DNA of 64,000 nt, taken from positions 234,858,001 to 234,922,000 of the forward strand of contig CM097885.1 of the NCBI GenBank assembly GCA_044892525.1, written 5' to 3'. This stretch comes from Schmidtea polychroa (taxonomy: Eukaryota). Under the pieces are notes generated by a model. That model was given only the letters and a program-made list of their open reading frames with translations. It did no database searches and was not told the DNA's origin. Each line of letters opens with the position of its first letter. Position 1 is the stretch's first letter. Below, one piece after another: positions 50,401 to 59,400 of the stretch. The position numbers were made by a program, and so were the translations under genes.

Positions 50401-53400
50401 GGTCTAATTAGTGGATTGTTAACCAACTTCACTCTAGCGTTGTTCTCGTTTACATAGATGATTTCATATGGCCCTCTGCCATTACGTTGTAATTTCTTTG
50501 CTGTTCCTGGGATTAATTCGGGTGTTTCTATAATAACCCAATCTCCGATTTTAAATTGATGGTTTTGCACGTTCTTCTTTTTATCATGTAATTCCTTATA
50601 ACTCTCTTGGTTGAATCGGATGTTCATCCCTGCGGTTTTCCATATTTCTTGCATTCTCTCCTTGAACTTTGTCACATAATCATCTATCTCCATATATTGT
50701 GAGATTGGTGGTTGGTATTCGAGATCCATCGGCATGTTGCATTCCCTTCCATACATGAGTTTAAACGGACTCATTTTCGTTGCTGAGTGTATTGACATTC
50801 GATAAGCCATTAGACACAACTTAATATATTCATCCCAGTCCTTTTGATGTTTACTCACGTAATTGGACATCATGTCTATTAGTATGCCGTTAAATCTTTC
50901 TGTCTGACCATTCGTTTGCGGGTGGTATGGTGAGGTTCTCAATTTGGCAATTCTAAAATAATTTGTCACTTCATTTATTATCTCGCTCATGAAATTAGTT
51001 CCTTGGTCAGTTAAGATTTGTTTTGGTGTTCCATATCTGCAGCAGATCTCTTCCACTAATATCCTTGCAACCGTTCGTGCTTTCTGGTCTGGCATCGCAA
51101 ATGCTTCAGGGAACTTAGTCAGATAATCAGTTATTACCAATATATACACATTTCCACTGTTAGTCTCTGGTAGTGGTCCAACTACATCCATTGCAATCAT
51201 TGTCATCGGTTCTGGCGGTATCGGCATTGGTTTCAATGGTGGCTTTAGTTTACTGCCCGTTGTTTTTCTGGTTGCGCATATCAGGCAGTTCTTTATCCAT
51301 TCTTTCACGTCATCGCTCATATTTGGCCAGTAATATTTCTGTTTGAGCCTTGCTTCTGTTTTCTTGGCTGACATATGTCCGCCCAATTTACCATCGTGGT
51401 ATTGAATCATAATTTCTTTCCGTCTACTTTCTGGTAGACACATCAATCGTTTGTCGCCATCCATTACCAATAGCCATCCTTTCTCGATCGTATATCTGTG
51501 ACAATTTTTCTCCATGTGTTCTTTTAGTCGATCATCGTTGTTGAATATTTTCATATCGTTTTTTTCCAGGAACTCAATTATTAGTTTTAATTCATTGTCT
51601 TCCTTTTGTTCGTTCTTTAGATTGGTAAAATCGATATCTTCCGCGATTATCAGGCATATTCGTCTGACGTCATGATCCATGAGTTCCTCAAATACAAATC
51701 TCGACATGCAGTCTGCATTTGCGTTTGCTTTTCCTGACTTGAATTTGATGTATGGGGAATATTCTTGTAACTGCATTGCCCATCTCATCAATCGACTAGA
51801 TGCCTCTTTATGTTGGCCCAACCAAACTAGAGGTTGATGGTCCGTAGTAATAATTATCTCGTGTCCCCATAATAAATATTTGAAATGTTTTATCGCCTGA
51901 ATTATTGCTAAGGCTTCTCTTTCTGTGACCGAGTAATTCTTCTCGTGTTTTTTGAACGTCTTGCTATAATATCCGATGACTCTTTCTCTTTTCTCCTCAT
52001 CCCATTGTCCTAGCACAGCTCCTGATGCGTATCCACTTGCATCAGTTGCTAATAAAAAAGGCTTTTTGAAATCTGGGTGGATTAAGATAGGCGAGGCTAT
52101 TAGTTTATCTCTTAGCGATTCGAAAGCTATTTGCTGTTCCCTTTCCCACAGAAATGGAGTATCTTTTTTTGTTAGTTCTTGAATTGGTTTTGCGATAGTT
52201 GCATAATTTTTGATAAACTTGCGGTAGTATCCGCATAATCCCAGAAATTCTTGTACCTGAGTCACGGTTTTTGGTATCGGACAATTCTTTATTTTCTCAA
52301 CGTTTCTCGGATCTGGTTCTTTTCCTTTTGCCGACACAATGTGTCCTAAAAATGTGACTCTCTCCTTTGCCCAATCGCATTTTGACGGTTTCAATTTCAG
52401 CTTCCATTGTTTCAGTCTTATGAATACGTTTCTGATGTCGATTAAGTGTTGCTCGAAAGTACCTGAATAAATTAACAGATCATCGATATACACCATACAT
52501 TGTTTGATCCCGTGTGTCACAAAGTTCATACATCTCTGAAACGAAGCAGGTGCGTTTGTTAATCCAAATGGCATCTTTTTAAACTGATATAAATCTTTTC
52601 CGATGGTAAAGGCTGTCTTTTCTCTATCTTCCTCTTTAACTTTAATTTGCCAGTATCCACTCTTTAGATCTAAAGATGTAAAGTATGCTGCTCCATGCAA
52701 CATCTGTAACATTTCGTTTATGTCTGGCAGTGGATATGTATCTCTTTTTGTTACTGCGTTCAACCTCCGATAGTCAATACAAAATCTCTGTGTGCCATCT
52801 TTCTTTTTGACCATTACCACTGGGAATTGCCATGGTGAGCAACTAGGTTCTATTACCCCAGCATCTAACATCTTTTGTACTTCTTCCTCTGCTACCGTTT
52901 TTTGTGCTTCAGCCAATCGATATGGTCTTAACGTTATGGGTGTCTCATCTGTTAATGGTATAATGTGTTGAGTTACATCGCTAGTACCCAAATCCAAATC
53001 TGAAGCCGCAAAAATATCTTTAAACTCAATCAGTAGTTGTCTGAGTTGTTCCTTTTCGTCTTTATTTAGGAGTTCGCTATCGATGGTCCATAATTCTTTT
53101 TCGTCTGCTCCCTCGCTTTTTATCTCCGGTAGCTCAATGTTCATCATTGGTGTGAGTTTTCCAAGTCTCTCGTTTTCGTAGATTACTTTATCTTCCTCAT
53201 CAAAATTGGTGATATTGATGGGTATCTCGTTATCCTCATTTATACTGACAATTTCTCTTGCCAATGGCAGCTCCCTTCTCTTCTCGAATTTTTGACTTGG
53301 TTCAAATATCATATCTCCTTTGGCTTCGTTATCGACCTTGACATAACATATTGTCTGGGTACGTGCTGGTATTATCATTTTTTCGGAGCATCTCACTTCT

Positions 53401-56400
53401 GTTCTCATTGTGCATATCTGTCCAGTTTTATCTTTTAATTTCATGGAACTCAAATCAATCACAATTTCTTTCAATAATTCCGGCATTACATCTGTTCCAA
53501 TTATACATGATACGCTTAGCTGTCTAATGACTGCGAGGTACGTTGTAACTTTAACCCCTTTATATTCAATCGTTGACCATACTCTTCCTACCACCGCTAT
53601 GGATTGTTTGCTGCATGTTATTACATCCATGGTTGTCTCTTCAATGCATGGCCATAGTCTGCCTGGTAGCATATTCATATTTATTGCCGAAATATTTGCT
53701 CCGGTATCGATCATTGCATCCATTTCTATTCCGTTTACTTCGACCGTGATGGTTAATGATGGTCCGGCTGGTGTCTGCAATACCGCAATCGTTCGTGTCT
53801 CCACTTCTTGTTCTACACTTTTAGCCTGTTTGATCATCGTTGGATCCATTGCTGCCCAATTTGGTTCATAAGCTGTTGGATAAATGTTCGGTATGGGTAA
53901 TCTTCCGGTTCCCATTCTTATCCGTTCTCTCATTGTTCCTGGTCGTCGCATTGGTCCATTAGTTGGTGCTTGTAAATATGGGGTCTGTGAATACGGTGAT
54001 CCCCATGGTTTCATTTTTTCGTTTTCCCAAGTGGCTGTATTTTTATTTATCAACATTGCTCCTCCTTGGTTATTATCATCGTCGTTGAAATCATCATTGT
54101 CGTTGTCACTATCATCGTCTCGTCTGAGGTTCATCCACTTTTTCCACTTCCCGGTTCTTTTTGCTTTCTCTTGAGTTCTTTCTGCTTCTAATCTCATTAT
54201 CACTTTGAACTTACGTCCGACTTCTTCGTCTGTCCCTTTCATTTGCGTTAGTATTTTCAACAATCTTTTTATTCGATGAATATCCTTTGAGTGTCCATGC
54301 AACACCATTGTTTTCGCTAAGAACGGTAAGAATCCAATTGCAAGTTTCCAATTTACTTTTCTCTCGCGCTTATAGATGTCAAAACATGCTAGCATCTGGG
54401 TTAGTATTACTCTGACTATTTGTATTATCAGAATAATTCCGAGTATTCCTGCCATCATTTGGCCAAATACCAAAAATCGACCCCACATAGCCTTCATCAT
54501 GTTTGCTGTTGCTTGTTGATAGTGACTTGGTGATAATAATAGCTCGTAATTTGGGCTCTCCCCATAATTATTTCCTCCAGAAATAGTCACTATATTTGAT
54601 AGGATCGCTTGTCTGTGTGCTGGGAATAACATGTGGGCCCTTGCTGATTCAAGATCTTTTGGTGTATATAATCCACTCTGTGATACGTCTATCGGCTTGA
54701 ACTCTAATTCTGTTGTTAGTTCCGTCAATCCAAATTTCTTGGGTGTCACTACGATTGTTTTACTTGGAAATTGAACCCATTGTCCATCTTCTTTTTCATA
54801 CATTGGTCCATATGCATTACTGCAATTAAACAGATTTGGCTGAAACCCTACCGGGTTCATTATCCTAGTGACTGCTTGCACAAACCTGGGTTTACCTTCG
54901 TGAATAATTTCGAGTTCGTTTGCACACTTATCCCTTGGTATTGTAGGGTTTTCCGGCAATCTTGCCATTATCTTTTTGCATTGGTAGGTGTACATCACTT
55001 CGCCCACGATTCGTCCGAAATATCCTTCCTGTAATGGTAGTAGTGGAATTGCGTTATCTGGATTTGTAATCGCCATTGCTAATTTTGTTCTCAATATTTC
55101 TTTGTTGAGCAGGCAATCGTTTCTTAACAGATCATGGTAGACTTTTTCCGTGGATGTTAATCCTCTGTGATATAAGAAATCCATCTTATTATTAGCGTAT
55201 AAATATAATTTGACATCCTTTTCGCTTAGTCTTCCGACTGCATTTGCTAGGGTTCTCCGCGACAAGTAGATCCCTTTATAATTGGTGCTGATCACCATCT
55301 CATCGCATTTACTCACCATTTTGTTCTTTATGAACCTCATTCCTATTCCATCGTCTTTGGAGATTATCGCTGTGGGTGTTACTTCCGATTCCAATTTCGA
55401 TGTTATTACGTCTTCCCTGAATCCTTTCCTTGCTCTCAATTCTTCCATCGCTCGTCTCTCTGCTTCTCCTTTTGGTTCACTGTACACTTTCCCTTGGATT
55501 TCTTCGAATATTGCTGTCTTGAGTAACATTAGTCGACATACTTTCTGATCTGCGTGGTATACCAGAGTTGACATTCCGGTTGAACATGATCGATCTGATG
55601 CGAGACAGCTTGGGTATTTCTTCATTGCTTGCGTGTCAGGGTCAAAGTAGCCTTGATACTTTTCCAATTTAGCTTCGTAACTTTCTATTACGACCACTCC
55701 ACTAACCAGTTGTCCGTTCAAGGTGTATGTTCCTGTCTCACATGTTCCGTCTCCTTTAGTGATTCTGCCCGCCGTATATACGCGAGTCGTTTTTATTTTT
55801 CCTGGTTCTGCAGCGATTTCAATCCCTTGCCTTAAGTGGATTCTCCCTGATCGGAACCCTTCCTCGCATTCCTCTCTTGATAGTAATATTACTGTCGATT
55901 CCAATCCTGGTTCTATGATTGTTGAGTGTGAGGATGAACCGCAGTGATGTGCGAATATCTTTCTGGTTACCGTACACTCTTGGACCATAGTTTTGATGAA
56001 ATCTGCTTCTTGATATACGTTGTACGAGACTGATGCCATGACTGTTTGTAATTTTCTTGGGTTTGCCGCTTTACAGTCTTCCGTATCCTTTAATGAATAT
56101 TTCTCATGGATTTTTATGTTGTCGCAGTCGTATACTGCAAATGACTCCGTTCCTTTGATACACATCATCCATATCAATATCGTGGTTATTATGGCATTCA
56201 TTCCCTTTCGACTTGCTCTTGGGTCGTTTATATTGATTGTTCCTTCGAATTCAGTTAGCAAATCGCGTAACTTTGCTTGCATCATTTCCGTTTGATCTTT
56301 CTTCCCAGTTGATTCGATGAAGCTTCTCCATCCCCCTTGTTCAAGTATATATGGTTCTATTGATCGTTTAATTATTTCTGTTACTGTGAATTCGTAACCC

Positions 56401-59400
56401 GTTGCGTTATATTTTGGCATTCGTTTTTTATATTGACCGATAACGTTATATACTAAATATGCTAATCCCACTAAAAATCGATTTTGGTCCTCTGATCTGC
56501 TTAATAGATGTTCCACAATTAATCTGAGTTCCACGGGATCTTTTAACGTTAATCGAATTTTATTATCCATGATTTTCATTATTATCGGTTTCAATACTGC
56601 CCATAATTGTTTGGCTTCGGTCGGAATATTATCCTTCCTCATGACTCTTTTCACTTCTGGATTTGCTAATGCTAACATGTTGGCTAATAGGTCATTTATC
56701 CATCGTGTCCCTTGTTCTCGGACGCTTGTCTTCACTTTCACTTGTTTTACTAATGCACTTAGTTTATCCATTTTAGTTTTTACCTGCTCCATTTGCGCCT
56801 GAACTTTGGATTTTGGTTCGATCTCTGCTTTATCTGTTTTTGGTCTTCCTCTTGTTCGTCGATCCATAGCTGTTCCGGTTTCTTTCCGTTTTGGCGGATT
56901 GTAAGTTGTATCTTTTGACGTGGTCGCTCCTGGATCTACTCTCCAGTTGCTCCATTCATCGGTTGTGGTTACATCTTTATTGGCACCTCTTTCCACGTTA
57001 TCTAAATCCGTCTCGGCTTCCGTCGTTTCCACTGGTTGTCTCTGCGCGCATACAAATCCATCTAAATCATCAGTTGTCGGTTCACCTTCGTCGATAAATA
57101 GATCTCCTGATTGCGATGCTCTCATAATCTCGCCTGCTTCTACTATCTCTTGTAATTCATCCAGTATTTCGTCTTCTCCCGTTGTTTCGATCGTTACTTC
57201 ACTAACCGCATTTGGAACTTCTGGTGTGTCCAAACTTCCTGGTTGTTGGGTGGATGATTTTTGCTTTATCTCTCTTCTCCTTAGCTCTCTACCTACAATT
57301 TTACTCACCGTTAATCTGTTCACAATTTCTCCTTGGAGTGGTGTCACACCAATCTCAATATCGTCGTCTAATGATCGTCCCTCGTGTTGTAAGTGGAATG
57401 GGAGTTCATAAGGTATTCTCTTTTTAACTTCTCTGACTTTAGCTGTCGTATAGAATTCCTTTTCCATTGGTTCAAAATCTGGCATGAATATTTTTAATTG
57501 ATATTTCTCAGGTGAGTTTTCGGCCCACTCTTGTTGTTTCCATTCCCGGATGATTTCACCAAATTGTTCAGGGTACCATACGTATACCCGTCGATATTCT
57601 TCAATCGCTTTAACGATCTTTCGTAGGTTTTGAATCCTTTTGCATGATTCGGCTATCCATTTTGCTAGTTCTACCACCGCTCGTCGACGGTTTTTCGCCC
57701 CGTTTTGTAATATCTCCATCAACTCCTTACATTTTTGTGCTTCCAACAATGTTGCTGCTTCCTCCTCATCTGCATCTGCGTCTATTGGTAGATGTCCTGA
57801 ATCAGACACTCTTCTCCTCATCATACAGATTCTCGGTTGATTTTCTGGTATGTTCAGTCGTTGGTTCATTTCTTGTTCTGTTTCAACTTCTACTCTGATC
57901 TGGATAGCATTGTTTTTCACAAATTTTGACTGCTCATTCTCAATGTAACTTAGACGTATTAATTTAGGTGTCCCAGAAGCGATATTTTCTGATGTTGTTG
58001 GTCGTTGATAGCAGGCGCTCCTTGGATCTGGTTTCAATGTTTCTTTATGCATGTTAAGGCTATCTTTCAATGGTTCGATTGCTATCGTCACTTTTCTGCT
58101 AAACGGCCATGGTACCTTGTCGTCATAATTTCCTTTGCAGATGGCGAAGAATGCCGACACATAATTTCCTTTACCTATCCCGTCTCCGTTCGGGTATATT
58201 CGCAATTTCATCTTGTACTCACCTAATCCTGAGTAGAACGGTGGACTTACTAATCGTGTGATTTTCTCTTCCTTTGCTGATTTTATCTTTTCCATCCAAT
58301 TCTCAATTTTCCACGTGAATGGTGCTAACCTTACTGGTTCTCGTATCTCCTCATCTTCTCCTGATGGTAATTCATTTTGGAATTCTTGTGGTAATATATC
58401 CTGGTAAGTATCGATCGGTTTCTCTCTTACCCATACTGCTGCGATCTCTTCGGGTATATTATCTATCCAATTTGGTTCCAACTTTTGCTGCTCCCAATCC
58501 CATCGAGCTTCACTTTCGATCCACACTTTTTTCCATGGTATCAGTTTGCAATCTTCGTCATTGAAGGCTGCTAGTTTTAGTTTATCATCCTTTAGCCAAT
58601 GGTTATAAATATCTATTATTCGATCCATCTTTGCTCTCATTCCCCATTGGAATCTTTTAACTTGTTGCTCGGTTTTCGTGGCGTTTTTGTGCCCACCAGA
58701 TGGTTCATCCATCGCGATTATATTGATGACGGCTCCATCTTCCCAGATTCCTAGTTCGTAAATTCCAGTTCGGTCTCCTCTTTCCAGCATGTGCCGGTTG
58801 TACATTATTATCACATCTTCGATCATTCCATCCTCACTATTTTCTCGAGCTTTTTGGATGATCTCTTGATCTATGATTTGCACTAACTCGTCAACTTGGC
58901 AATCGGGATTAACTTCTATTATTTGTTTCTCTTCATTTGGCAACTTCACCTTTATTTTTATCGTTTCATGCTCGCATTTGGTTCTCTCGTATTCTCCGTA
59001 TTTAGATATCAATTCTGTCGCTCGTTTGTCTTCGAATCTCATGATTTCCGTGTCTCGTACGTCTTTAACGAATTGTTTCATTAGTTGTGGCCATCTTTCT
59101 CTCAGTCTATTAATGTATTTCCTTGTCTGATCGATAGCTTGTTTGACTAAGATTATTTGATTTTCTTTCATTATTTTTCGTTCGATCTTTTCCAATTCTG
59201 GTTCCACTTCATTGTTAAACACTTGTTGGATTTTCTTGAACATTTCTGCTACCGAGTCGTCATCTCTGGTTTTCTCTAAGGTTAAGATGTTAGTTTCGTT
59301 TGGCCATATCATCGCATCTACCAAATGTATGCCCATTTTAACTTTGTAACCATCGACATATAATTGTTTATTTTTATGGCTCGTTCCCATTTTTTCCTGT

